A model generated the notes under the pieces. The model saw nothing but the letters and a program-made list of their open reading frames with translations. It searched no databases and was not told the DNA's origin. From Myxococcales bacterium (GTDB taxonomy: Bacteria; Myxococcota_A; Polyangia; Polyangiales; DASUME01), in NCBI GenBank assembly GCA_047601445.1, contig JASGJH010000001.1, positions 6,816,001 through 6,880,000 of the forward strand: DNA of 64,000 bases. Direction: 5' to 3'. Below, in pieces: positions 50,083-59,833 of the stretch. The number at the start of each line of letters is the position of its first letter. Within the stretch, counting starts at the first letter, position 1. Both the position numbers and the translations under genes were made by a program.

Positions 50083-51426
50083 ATGAAAAGAATCGTCGTG
50101 TTCACTTCGTTACAGGCATTCACGGGATGGGCGTTCCCTACGGGGGTTGAGGCATGGGGCTTTACGGAACGGCCATCGGTTTCGGATGGTGCCCCCCCGA
50201 GCGCAAGCACTGCCGAACTGCATTGGGACTATCGCGGACGCTTGGCGGCGGCCCGCCTGGGGCCGCACGCTGGAAGCTACGGCTACGCCGACGGCGTCGA
50301 GCGCGTGCTCGAGCAACATGACGGCAGCGTAACTTACTACGTCGGCTCGGACTTCGAGGTGCGTGACGGCATCGCGGTGACCTACGCACGGGTGAGCGAC
50401 CGGCGCATCACCCGCACGGGCAAGAGCACATTGCAGACCGGCGTACTCGAGGACTTGGCGACAGGTTCCGCTGCAGATGCGCGCATCGACGTGGGAGATG
50501 CCTGGCTGGTCAACGCGCTGGGAAAGGAACCCATGCGTCACCTTTACGCGAGCGCACGTCGGAGGCTACTGGACGAAGGTCAGCACAGCATGTTCTTGCA
50601 CCAGGATCATCTCGGGAACACCACCCTGGCCACGGGCGCAACGGGGGCACCGCTCGGAGAGCGCGCCTTCGGCTCGAATGGTGGAGTCAGTGAGATCCAT
50701 GGCTACGTCGATGAATACGGCTTCACCGGCCAGCGGCGTGACCCCAGTACCAACCTCGTTCACTTCACCTTTCGCGAGTTCGATCCGCGGGTCGGTCGTT
50801 GGAACAGCCCTGATCCCCGGTTCCTCACGGACCGTGCGCTGTGTGTCGCCCGCCCATTCGAATGCCCCAACGGCTATCTGTACGTGACGAACAACCCAGT
50901 CGACCGAATCGATCCGACCGGCGAGATGGAGAGGTCGGCCGTTGGAACAGCGGCGGCGGAGAATCCGAACTCCGTGGACCTCGTGATGGTGGGGCCAGCC
51001 GACGAGAACTCCCAGGAGGAGCAGTGGGCATTTGCTCTACGTCGCAGCGACGGATCGTGGAGCGTCTTCGCGAGGAACAGAAAGAACGAGGACCCAAGCG
51101 TTCTCGGGCTGAGGACTGGCAGATTCGGTGCCATTGCGCTGCTCGCCACCATGCCACTCGGTGCCGGAGGCGATGATGCACGACGGACCCCGCGAATCTT
51201 GGAGCGGTATCACTTGACGGGAGCTCAACGGGAGGACCTCGATGGCTTGATGACAACCTTCCAACACACCTATGTAAACTCCAACGACGATGAGGGGCTA
51301 AGAGTACCCTCGCGGGCGTTCCTTTCGGAAGCCATGGACGAAGTTGAGGTTTACATTGTGGAGAAGCAGCTCGAGCCACGCAGCACGACCAAGGTGAGAA
51401 GCGGAGGTACGGCAAGGCCGCTGTGA
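50083..51426 (+). CDS. mini-RHS protein 2 (167-aa variable C-terminus)
   Basis: Signal peptide MKRIVVF...VEA; core ending NNPVDRIDPTG (50911-50922). Confidence 0.9.
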   Translation: MKRIVVFTSLQAFTGWAFPTGVEAWGFTERPSVSDGAPPSASTAELHWDYRGRLAAARLGPHAGSYGYADGVERVLEQHDGSVTYYVGSDFEVRDGIAVTYARVSDRRITRTGKSTLQTGVLEDLATGSAADARIDVGDAWLVNALGKEPMRHLYASARRRLLDEGQHSMFLHQDHLGNTTLATGATGAPLGERAFGSNGGVSEIHGYVDEYGFTGQRRDPSTNLVHFTFREFDPRVGRWNSPDPRFLTDRALCVARPFECPNGYLYVTNNPVDRIDPTGEMERSAVGTAAAENPNSVDLVMVGPADENSQEEQWAFALRRSDGSWSVFARNRKNEDPSVLGLRTGRFGAIALLATMPLGAGGDDARRTPRILERYHLTGAQREDLDGLMTTFQHTYVNSNDDEGLRVPSRAFLSEAMDEVEVYIVEKQLEPRSTTKVRSGGTARPL

Positions 51427-51497
51427 GGTGTTGCCCGGAGGTGTTTCGCACGGCGAATGGCACGTCTGTTCGGTGAGCCCTGGAAGCCGGCGCGGTC

Positions 51498-53063
51498 TCA
51501 GGGCCCCGCCATGTCGATGCATCGATATCCCGCGGCGCAATCTCCTCTTGAAGAGGCTGTGCGCTGCGGCTCGGTGAGGAAAGACTCGTCGATGCAGACG
51601 GCGTTCGGGCCACAACTCCGCACTGCCGCAGCCGGCTCAGTCGGCTTGTCACCTGCGATCCACGTGCAGGCGCCGCTCGCGCTGCCGTCCAGCGGATTGA
51701 AGCAAGGCACGCAGCGCTCGTCGCCAGCGCAGGTGTCCGCCGCTGCGCTGCCCGCGAGATGCGCGAGCGGCAGGCAAGCCGCGAGACAACGCCCCTCGAA
51801 TGTACCGAAGGTACGGCAGCTCGCCGGGGCCGAAAACTCGTGCACGAGCAGCGTCTCCGGCGTGCACAGCGCGCCGGTGTCGCAGCTGTCCTGGCCGAGC
51901 AGCGGAATCACGAGCGGATAGAGCAGCTCGGTGGTGAGGCAGCGCGCCTTGCCCTCGCAGCACGTAGGAAACTCCGGCGCGGGCTGCTTGGGCCCGGGAT
52001 CGCCTGGAAAATGGCAGATCGTCGAGTCGTAGCCGTCGTAAGGGTCGTAGCAAGGGATGCAGCGCTCCTGCGGGGGGCACGTCGATTGGGTTACCGCTGG
52101 CGCATCGACTCCCGGCAGACAGCGGGTCACGCAGCGGCCCTCGAGGCCTGCGCCCGCGACACATGTTTCGAGACCTCGCCTGGTCGCTATACCTAGCGGC
52201 ACACACAGCTGGCCCGTGGTTCCACACGCATCGCAGAAGGTCGCCTCGGGGGGAGGCTGCACGCTCTGCAGCAATTGTACGGTCAATAGATCCAGATCCT
52301 GCGAGGGCAAACATGCGCCGCTCTGGCTCCAGCATGGCTCCAAGGTCTGGGCGGCGTTCGCGGGTCGGTCTCCTTCGGCCAGCGCACACGCCCCCGTGCT
52401 CTCGCCGCTGAAGGGGTCGAAGCAGGGGGCGCAGCGCTCCTGTTCGCCGCAGCCGTTGCGAGGGAGGAACGGGAGCCGATCCGCCACCAAGGGGAGACAG
52501 GTCGGCAAGCAGCGGCCTTCGAAGCCGTCGAGCGACCCGCAGACGCGCGGCGTCTTGCCGTCGAGCAGCATCTCCGGCACGCACCAGGCCTCGGCCTCGC
52601 AGCCAGTCTGGACCAATTGGTCGGGCTTGATCGTGCTCGGGATCCGAGACTGCGGCGCGCAGCGGCCGGTCCCCTCGCAGCACTCCGGCAACTCCCGCAT
52701 GGGTTCCGTAGGCGCGACTGCTGCGTCGGGCATGGTGCCGGAGGGCATCGCCGCCGCGTCGTGCTCGCCCGCATCGCCGGGAAGAACGCTGCAAAACGCC
52801 GCGGCCCGCTGGTCCAGCGCTGCGCGAGGCACGCACTGCTCGGCTTCGCCGCACTCAGCATCGGGTCGGCAGCTTGCCCCTTCGAGTCGTGCGCGCTCAG
52901 CCGGAGACAACAGGGCCTCAGGCAGGCACAGACCGGCGCCCCCGTTGCATTCACGGAGGGTCCCGGGCTGTGCGCCGATGCCTTCGTCATAGCGCGCGCA
53001 GCTCAACGTGAGGAGCAGCACTGGCGCGAGCCAAAACTTGGTCTGGATACAGCAACTCCGCAT
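51498..53063 (-). CDS. Cys-rich repeat lipoprotein
   Basis: Lipobox-like TLSC; three repeats EGRCxxxCLP...ERCxPC(F/Y)xP...C...GD. Confidence 0.75.
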   Translation of the reverse strand: MRSCCIQTKFWLAPVLLLTLSCARYDEGIGAQPGTLRECNGGAGLCLPEALLSPAERARLEGASCRPDAECGEAEQCVPRAALDQRAAAFCSVLPGDAGEHDAAAMPSGTMPDAAVAPTEPMRELPECCEGTGRCAPQSRIPSTIKPDQLVQTGCEAEAWCVPEMLLDGKTPRVCGSLDGFEGRCLPTCLPLVADRLPFLPRNGCGEQERCAPCFDPFSGESTGACALAEGDRPANAAQTLEPCWSQSGACLPSQDLDLLTVQLLQSVQPPPEATFCDACGTTGQLCVPLGIATRRGLETCVAGAGLEGRCVTRCLPGVDAPAVTQSTCPPQERCIPCYDPYDGYDSTICHFPGDPGPKQPAPEFPTCCEGKARCLTTELLYPLVIPLLGQDSCDTGALCTPETLLVHEFSAPASCRTFGTFEGRCLAACLPLAHLAGSAAADTCAGDERCVPCFNPLDGSASGACTWIAGDKPTEPAAAVRSCGPNAVCIDESFLTEPQRTASSRGDCAAGYRCIDMAGP

Positions 53064-53099
53064 CGATCACACCCTTCGCCTGCGCTCGCCAGCAGCGTG

Positions 53100-54653
53100 C
53101 TAGTTCGCCACGCAAGCGAACTTGTTCGCCGTGCGTGCGCAGTGCGTCCCCGGCTTGCACGTTGGACAGGGATCCTTGCGAACGTAGAGCTCGAGCGGCA
53201 CGTTCGGGCCCTGGAAGGTCCATTCCGAGAGCCCACCGATCCAGTGCAGGCCGCCCTCGTTCCCCGACGCGTGGTAAATCGTTCTCGGATAGACAGGGTC
53301 GATTGGCTCCCCGTTGAGCGTCATGTTCGGCGAGCGTGGGCCCTTCCAGTCGGTGTGGGCGATGGCTTCGGCGTACGTGGTGTACAGGGCGTTTCCGTCC
53401 TTGAGGTTCTGGATCGGTCGCGTGTTCTTGAAGCTGGTGACCGAGTCCTCGGGATGGCCGGAGGTTCGGATGTGAATCGTGTCCGAGTCGTAGGCGATGA
53501 GCTTCATCACGTCGACTGGCAAGTAAGCGTATTGCCCGGGCGCGGGCACGCCCGGCCCAATGCTCTGAGGACCAGCGTTGCTCGTGACGACCAGGATCCA
53601 ACCGCCGCCCTCGTACTCCATGTCGCAGTAGACCCGCACGCGGCCTTGGCTCCCGTCCGGCCCTTGAGGAGCGATATCGTACATACCCGAGCCGGTGCTC
53701 AGGCCAGCTCGCAGAATGCCGACGCAGCTGGTGGCAATGTTGCATGTCAGGCCAGTCAAGCCGTAGGGGCAACGGCAGCTGAAGCCGTCCAGGCTGTTGG
53801 TGCACATGCCTGGGCCACACACATGGGGCACGTCGCATTCGTTGATGTCGACGCAGCGCGCCGGTGCTCCGAGCACGTTCTCGCAAACCGCACGATCCAA
53901 GTCGCAACCGCTGGTGCCCCTGGCGCATTCGTCGATGTCCCGGCACTTGATCCCGGTGCCCTCGAAGTTGTCCTTGCAGGCGCAGGTGAAGCTGCCCTCG
54001 GTGTTGGTGCAGCTGGCGTCCGCGTGGCAGTTGTCCGTGTTCTCGGCGCACTCGTCGACATCCACGCAGACCGTTCCATCGCCCGCATAGCCCTTGTGGC
54101 AGCGGCACTCCGTGCCCTTGCCCGTGTCGACGCAGTCGGCCTTGCCCGCGGCGCACGCGACCGGGTTCTGCGGATCGCAGGCGAGCGCGAAGCATTCCTG
54201 GCCGTCCCCCACGTAGCCTTCGTTGCAGGTGCACGTGACGCTCTCCAGGACGGATACGTACGTGCAGGTCGCGTGCGGATCACAGAGCTGCGTGGACTCA
54301 CAGGGATCCGTGAACTTGGGTTCGGCGGACGCGTCTTCGAAGACAGGCATGGCGACGGCAGCTTCGAGCGCAGCGTCCAGAGCAGGGTTCACGCTTGCAT
54401 CGAGCCGCACCACCGGTCGCATGGCGACGCCCGCATCGACCCGAACTACCGGTGCCACGTCGACACCCGCGTCGATCCGCACCACCCTCGGCGGATCCAC
54501 TCCGGCAGCACAGCCAGCGAGCGCCGTGGCCACGAGCACCGGCCCAAGCATGCGCACCGTAGGCGACGGAGCCTGTGCTGCGCAGGTTGCCGCCCGCGCC
54601 AACGAAGGTGCTCTGGGCCGGCGACTCGAGGCCGCTCTCACGCACACAGTCAT
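53100..54653 (-). CDS. secreted/lipoprotein with calcium-binding EGF-like repeats and a fibrinogen-C-like domain
   Basis: LAGC lipobox; DVDEC/DIDEC/DINEC repeats with CTNTEGSFTC; YCDMEYEGGGWILV; three 12-aa PVVRxDAxV linker repeats; start uncertain. Confidence 0.8.
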   Translation of the reverse strand: MTVCVRAASSRRPRAPSLARAATCAAQAPSPTVRMLGPVLVATALAGCAAGVDPPRVVRIDAGVDVAPVVRVDAGVAMRPVVRLDASVNPALDAALEAAVAMPVFEDASAEPKFTDPCESTQLCDPHATCTYVSVLESVTCTCNEGYVGDGQECFALACDPQNPVACAAGKADCVDTGKGTECRCHKGYAGDGTVCVDVDECAENTDNCHADASCTNTEGSFTCACKDNFEGTGIKCRDIDECARGTSGCDLDRAVCENVLGAPARCVDINECDVPHVCGPGMCTNSLDGFSCRCPYGLTGLTCNIATSCVGILRAGLSTGSGMYDIAPQGPDGSQGRVRVYCDMEYEGGGWILVVTSNAGPQSIGPGVPAPGQYAYLPVDVMKLIAYDSDTIHIRTSGHPEDSVTSFKNTRPIQNLKDGNALYTTYAEAIAHTDWKGPRSPNMTLNGEPIDPVYPRTIYHASGNEGGLHWIGGLSEWTFQGPNVPLELYVRKDPCPTCKPGTHCARTANKFACVAN

Positions 54654-54827
54654 GTGCGAAGGTTAGGGACTCGTCAGGAGCGTGACCATTGTACGGGGCG
54701 CCTAGAACAGTCGAGCAAGCGGACGACCTAGGGCATCCGTCCAGCTATCCCCAGGGCCGGCGAGCTGCCACGTAGCAGGATGCTGGCAGTGTCCATCGAC
54801 GGTTCGCGGAGCAGGATTGAGGCAAGC

Positions 54828-56090
54828 ATGACGAATGCGCTTCGCATCGTGGGAGTCACGCTCTGGGCGCTGTGCTGGGTAGGGTGGGCGTCTCCCGCGC
54901 AGGCAGAGAAAGACCGCAGCGAACTCCGCTGGGACCACCAGGGGCGCGTCTCGAGCGTGACCTCGGGCACTCACAGGGCCGGCTACTTCTATGCAGAAGG
55001 TGTCGACCGTGTGCTCGAGGAGCATGACGGCAGCATGACGTACTACATCGGTCCGAACTTCGAGGTGCGTGACGGTGTTGCGGTGGTCTATGCCCGCGAT
55101 GGATGGCGCCGGCTCGCGCGTCGGAGCCAGAGCACCTTGCAGGCCGGTCTACTCCCGGACTTGGCACCGAGCGGCACACCGGGCGCACGCCTCGACGTAG
55201 GGGATGCCTGGCTGTTCGGTCGTGGAACGAATGACGCGAGCCGCGCGGCGAAGGAGCCGACTCGTCACCTCTACGCCAGCGCACGCAGGTTGCTGCTCGA
55301 ACAGGCAGGCGGAGTTGCCCTCCTACACCAGGATCATGCAGGCAGTCAGACGCTGGCCACCGACGTCGAAGGCACGCGGCTCGGGGAGCGCAAGTTCCAT
55401 CCCACGGGTCAACTGCTGGTGCGCGTGGGCTACGTGGATGAGCATGGATTTACAGGCATGCGGGGCGACCCTGCCAGCGGCTTCGAGCACTTTCAGTTCC
55501 GAGAGCTGGATCGAAGACTCGGTCGTTGGGTAAGTCCAGACCCGTGGTTTCTCACGGACGGCCAGGCCTGCGTCGAACGGCCCTTCGAATGCGCCAACGG
55601 CTTTCAGTACGTGATGAACAATCCCGTCGACTTGTTCGATCCCACCGGAAAAGTGGGCTGGAACGTGCTGCGTCTCTATCACCACCAGCCCGCGACAGAC
55701 GACCTCCCGGCGGACAGTCAGACGCTCACCGTGGCCGTTCGCCTTCCATGGTCAAGCTGGGCGCGCACGGTTGGCGAGGGCTTTGGGGCAGCGCCGATCT
55801 GGATCCGAGCGTCGGACGTCGAAGGCAGGTTCGATGCGTTACCAGTGCCACCAGGGTATCAGCGTGAGGTCCAGGAAGCGGTCGTGAGCTTGTCCACCTT
55901 GTGGCGACTCAGGTCTGCAATCGCAAGGTACGCTGCGTATCGAGAGGTTCACGGGGACGAAGCCGCGCTTCCTCATAGGGCATTGCTCGTAGAGCGCCTC
56001 CACGCGATCAGCCGGTATCCGAACATGAGGGGCCTTCGAAGACTCGGCATGCCCGGACGAACAACGGCGGTGGTCGCCGTCCATGAGTAG
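54828..56090 (+). CDS. mini-RHS protein 3 (146-aa variable C-terminus)
   Basis: Signal peptide ending AQA; core ending NNPVDLFDPTG (55638-55649). Confidence 0.9.
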   Translation: MTNALRIVGVTLWALCWVGWASPAQAEKDRSELRWDHQGRVSSVTSGTHRAGYFYAEGVDRVLEEHDGSMTYYIGPNFEVRDGVAVVYARDGWRRLARRSQSTLQAGLLPDLAPSGTPGARLDVGDAWLFGRGTNDASRAAKEPTRHLYASARRLLLEQAGGVALLHQDHAGSQTLATDVEGTRLGERKFHPTGQLLVRVGYVDEHGFTGMRGDPASGFEHFQFRELDRRLGRWVSPDPWFLTDGQACVERPFECANGFQYVMNNPVDLFDPTGKVGWNVLRLYHHQPATDDLPADSQTLTVAVRLPWSSWARTVGEGFGAAPIWIRASDVEGRFDALPVPPGYQREVQEAVVSLSTLWRLRSAIARYAAYREVHGDEAALPHRALLVERLHAISRYPNMRGLRRLGMPGRTTAVVAVHE

Positions 56091-56230
56091 TGGCGAAGGG
56101 GCAACATTTCTGGGCAGTTCGCACTCACCGCTTCCGGTGCTCGCACCTAGGCCGTTCATCCGGCTTACGGGAGTCGGGACCGTCTGGTAAGACCGCGCCA
56201 TACGGCACGGGCTGCAAGGGAACGGATTCC

Positions 56231-57424
56231 ATGAGAATCATTGTCAGATGGGTCGCGCTGGCACTCGCGCTGGCTGCGCCTTCGTTGACGCATGCGCAGC
56301 CCGCAGTCGCAGATGACGCGGAACTCGGCTGGGACTACCGCGGGCGGCTGTCTGCAGTCGAGGCAGGCCATCGTGCTGCGAGCTATGTCTACGGCCAGGG
56401 CATCGATCGCTTGCTCGAGGAGCGCGATGGCAGCGTGATCTACCACCTTGGACCGAACTTCGAAGTACGTGATGGCATCGCGATCACGTACACGGTCGCG
56501 GGCACGCGCCGCATCGCGCGCACGAGCCGCAGTGCGCTGCAGACGCGGCTGCTCAAGGACCTGGCCCCGAGCACCAAGCCAGACGCCCGTATCGATGTCG
56601 GCGACGCCTGGCTCGCGAGCAAGAACGCAAGCGCCACGCGCCACCTCTACGCCAGTGCGCGTCGCAGTCTGCTCGACCGAGCCTCGAGCCCAGTCTCCCT
56701 GCACCAGGACCACCTCGGCAGCGCAACACTCGCCACCGACCGCAAAGGACAGGTCGTCGGAGAGCGCGAATTCGAGGCGAGTGGGGGAGTGGCCGCGAGC
56801 CACGGCCATGTGGATGACTACGGCTTTACAGGGCAGCGCATGGACCCAGCCACGGCGCTCGTGCACTTCCAGCATCGTGAGCTCGATCCTCGGGTCGGAC
56901 GTTGGGTGAGCCCGGATCCGCTGTTCCTCGCGGACAGCGCTGTCTGCGTCGCGCGGCCATTCGAGTGCGCGAACGGGTACCAATACGTGTCGAACAATCC
57001 GGTGGACCTGGTGGATCCGAGCGGCCGGGCCCTCCTGGGCGCGCTACTCAGGTTCCACTGGGTCTCGACGGGCGTTCCGTCCAAAGTCACGATCCAGCGG
57101 TTTTGGAAGGTCGTGAGGAAACTCGCGAAGGCGCTGGCAGGGGGATTGCCGCGCAATCCCTTCACGATGACATACGTCTACGTTGGAGCCCCCTCAGGTG
57201 CGCCAACGGGAGCCGAGCTACAGGAAGAGGAAGGGGTCGACTTTGAGGCGCTCTTGGAGCGACTTAACAGTTTCGAGCAAGCCACGACGAGACTGCAAGG
57301 CGCCCAGCGGCTGGAAACCATTGCCGAAGAGGAGGTGGACGACGAGGAGGAAGGAGCGCGAGAGAGGGAAGCTAGAAGAAGGCTCAGCGTCAGTGTTGAG
57401 CACGCGTCTGCGACAAGGGGGTAG
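56231..57424 (+). CDS. mini-RHS protein 4 (132-aa variable C-terminus)
   Basis: Signal peptide MRIIVRWVALALALAAPSLTHA; core ending NNPVDLVDPSG (57014-57025). Confidence 0.9.
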   Translation: MRIIVRWVALALALAAPSLTHAQPAVADDAELGWDYRGRLSAVEAGHRAASYVYGQGIDRLLEERDGSVIYHLGPNFEVRDGIAITYTVAGTRRIARTSRSALQTRLLKDLAPSTKPDARIDVGDAWLASKNASATRHLYASARRSLLDRASSPVSLHQDHLGSATLATDRKGQVVGEREFEASGGVAASHGHVDDYGFTGQRMDPATALVHFQHRELDPRVGRWVSPDPLFLADSAVCVARPFECANGYQYVSNNPVDLVDPSGRALLGALLRFHWVSTGVPSKVTIQRFWKVVRKLAKALAGGLPRNPFTMTYVYVGAPSGAPTGAELQEEEGVDFEALLERLNSFEQATTRLQGAQRLETIAEEEVDDEEEGAREREARRRLSVSVEHASATRG

Positions 57425-57491
57425 AGCGGAATTCAAGAGTTACCGGAGGGCGAGTTCTCGGAGATGCTCTGACAACTGGGAGGTCGCCGCA

Positions 57492-57790
57492 ATGAGAGCC
57501 GTCATCGGATTCGCTCATCTGCTGCTGGCGCTAGTGACGACCTCGGTCGTGCACGCGCTGAGCGGACCGCGAGCCGATATCGAGCTCGAGTTCGCGGCGA
57601 GTCTGCGAGAGGACAACCGGTGGCGGCTTGCTCGGCGCCAACGCGAGAAGATAGTCGTCGTGCTGGTCTTGGCGGCGCCCTCCGGCCACGATGGGCGCAT
57701 CGATGTCGGCGATGCCTGGCTGACTGGCTTCGCAGGGCGCGAACCCGGTGCGCCACCTGCTCGCCTGCGCGCCGGCTCATGATGGAGTTC
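57492..57790 (+). pseudogene. mini-RHS relic with internal deletions
   Basis: Signal peptide MRAVIGF...VHA, degenerate LREDNRWRL (from LRWDNRGRL) and DGRIDVGDAWL, then frame loss. Confidence 0.7.
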
Positions 57791-57913
57791 TCCAGGAGAT
57801 GCAGGTGCGCCTGAACAGAGATCACTCGTTCAAGATGCCGAGGTTTAAGCCGAAGGTACGCGCGGCGACCAAGCCGAGCGTCAAGCGCCAGCGCTTCCTG
57901 GCACGGGGCCGAG

Positions 57914-59188
57914 ATGGTCAGATGTAGTCATTGGCGATGGGTGGCGCCTTCCTTGAGTGCTGCACGGAGAGTCGCCGCCTTGGCGCTGAGTTGGTGCTGC
58001 TGGGTATCCTTGGCGAATGCGCAATCCAGCCTCGCGTCCCGGGTCGCGCTTCAGTGGGACTTTCTCGGACGCCTGTCCGCTGCCAGCATGGACACTCACG
58101 TCGGCAATTATTTCTATGCCGACGGTGCCGAACGGGTGCTCGAGGAACGCGACGGCAGCGTGACCTACTACGTTGCCCGCAACTTCGAAGTGCGGGATGG
58201 AGTGGCCGTGACCTACGCGCGGGCGGGAGATCGTCGGCTGGCGCGCGTGAGCCAAAGCGCGCTGCAAACCTCGCTCTTCGCGGATCCGGCGCCGAGCGCG
58301 ATGCCGAAAGGACGCATCGATGTCGGGGACGCGTGGTTGATGAATAAGGTCTCTCGGGGGGGCGCGCGCCACCTCTACGCGAGCGCACGCCGGCTGCTGC
58401 TCGAGCATTCATCGAGTCGGGTATTCCTACATCACGATCATCTTGGTAACGCAGTACTCGCCACCGAGCAGGATGCACGTGCGCGCGGAGAGTGCGCGTA
58501 TGAAACGATGGGCGAGCCGCGGCAGTGCCGTGGTGTCGTGGACGCCTACGCTTTCACGGGACAGCGCCGGGACCTGGTGACCCACCTGGTACACTTTCGC
58601 CAACGCGAACTCGACGCGCGCTCCTGGCGCTGGGTCAGCCCTGATCCGCTGTTCTTGCGAGCGGGGGACGCGTGCATGGCGCGTCCTTTCGAATGCGCGA
58701 ACGGATATCAGTACGTCTTGAACGACCCTGTCGATGCCGTCGACCCGACCGGGCAAATCATGATGCTGTTCCGGTTCAGTCACGGCGATTTCGGGCTCGC
58801 AATCTCTGCCCCCGGACGGCGTTTCGGGATGGTGCATTTCTTTCGAGGAGATCAGCACGTCATGCTCGATCTCATCTCGGAGCAGCAGATTAAACTCTAT
58901 AGCTTGGCTGGGATCCAGCCAACCGTGCTTCGCTCGACGGACGCTGCGGGGGAGCAGTCGGCAATCTCCGAGATGAGCGTCGAAGGGCGTGGCAGCTTCA
59001 TGCAACGGCTAGCGCGTGCCCTCCTGCACCAGTACTGGATTCAGCGCCTCGAAGGCACCTTGCCCGTGTCCGTGGTCGAGGCCAGTCCAGTACTACTCAT
59101 CGCGTTGGCCCAGGAGCTTGCGTCGCTGGACGAAGCGACCCGGGACGTGATGGGCCAAGTGCTGAATCACCTCTCGCTCGACGACTAG
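57914..59188 (+). CDS. mini-RHS protein 5 (144-aa variable C-terminus)
   Basis: Signal-like segment ending ANA; core ending NDPVDAVDPTG (58742-58753); start uncertain. Confidence 0.9.
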   Translation: MVRCSHWRWVAPSLSAARRVAALALSWCCWVSLANAQSSLASRVALQWDFLGRLSAASMDTHVGNYFYADGAERVLEERDGSVTYYVARNFEVRDGVAVTYARAGDRRLARVSQSALQTSLFADPAPSAMPKGRIDVGDAWLMNKVSRGGARHLYASARRLLLEHSSSRVFLHHDHLGNAVLATEQDARARGECAYETMGEPRQCRGVVDAYAFTGQRRDLVTHLVHFRQRELDARSWRWVSPDPLFLRAGDACMARPFECANGYQYVLNDPVDAVDPTGQIMMLFRFSHGDFGLAISAPGRRFGMVHFFRGDQHVMLDLISEQQIKLYSLAGIQPTVLRSTDAAGEQSAISEMSVEGRGSFMQRLARALLHQYWIQRLEGTLPVSVVEASPVLLIALAQELASLDEATRDVMGQVLNHLSLDD

Positions 59189-59226
59189 GGGGTGTCCGGA
59201 CAGCCCCCTAAGGCAAGGATGGATGC

Positions 59227-59814
59227 ATGAAGTCAGACGTATTGCAACGAGTCACGTTGGCACTGGCCGCCGTCGGCACTGCGCCGCTGGTGCACGCGGA
59301 GCCCTCGGTCTCGGACGAACTGCAGTGGGACTGGCGGGGGCGCCTTGCAGTCTCCGCATCGAGCGAGCGGAGCGGGCACTACTACTATGCGGACGGGGCT
59401 GAGCGCGTGCTCGAGGAGCACGACGGTAGCGTCACCTACTTCATTGGTGCGGACTTCGAGGTGCGCGACGGCATGGCCGTGACTTATGCGCGCCTAGACG
59501 ACCATCGTGTCGCTCGCCTGGCCGAGAGTGCTCTGCAGCCGACGTTGCTTGAAGACCTGGCCCCAAGCGCCGATGGGCAGCCGAGGGTCGACGTGGGCGA
59601 CGCCTGGCTGGTGAGCCGCTCGGCGAAGTCGCCCATGCGTCACCTCTATGCGGGCGCCCGCAGGGCCCTGTTCGAGCGCGCCCCCGACACGGCGTTCATC
59701 CAGCACGACCAGCTAGGAAGCGAGACCCTGGCGACGATTCGAACGAGCGCCGTACTAGATAGCGTCCTAGGCTCTCTGGCCACTATCCACGAGGTCCGCC
59801 GTCGCTCATGTTGA
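59227..59814 (+). pseudogene. truncated mini-RHS protein 6 (lacks the core end and C-terminal cargo)
   Basis: Homologous to the other copies up to HDQLGSETLAT (~59736), then unrelated sequence. Confidence 0.8.
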
Positions 59815-59833
59815 GCCTCGCGTGGGCGATTGC

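Noticed and set aside
49914..50150. Small ORFs after RHS genes (49914..50150, 57183..57782, 61158..61403, 61258..61566) as immunity genes
   Set aside because: They overlap neighbouring RHS genes or their duplicated upstream regions, or are RHS relics; none looks like an independent protein.
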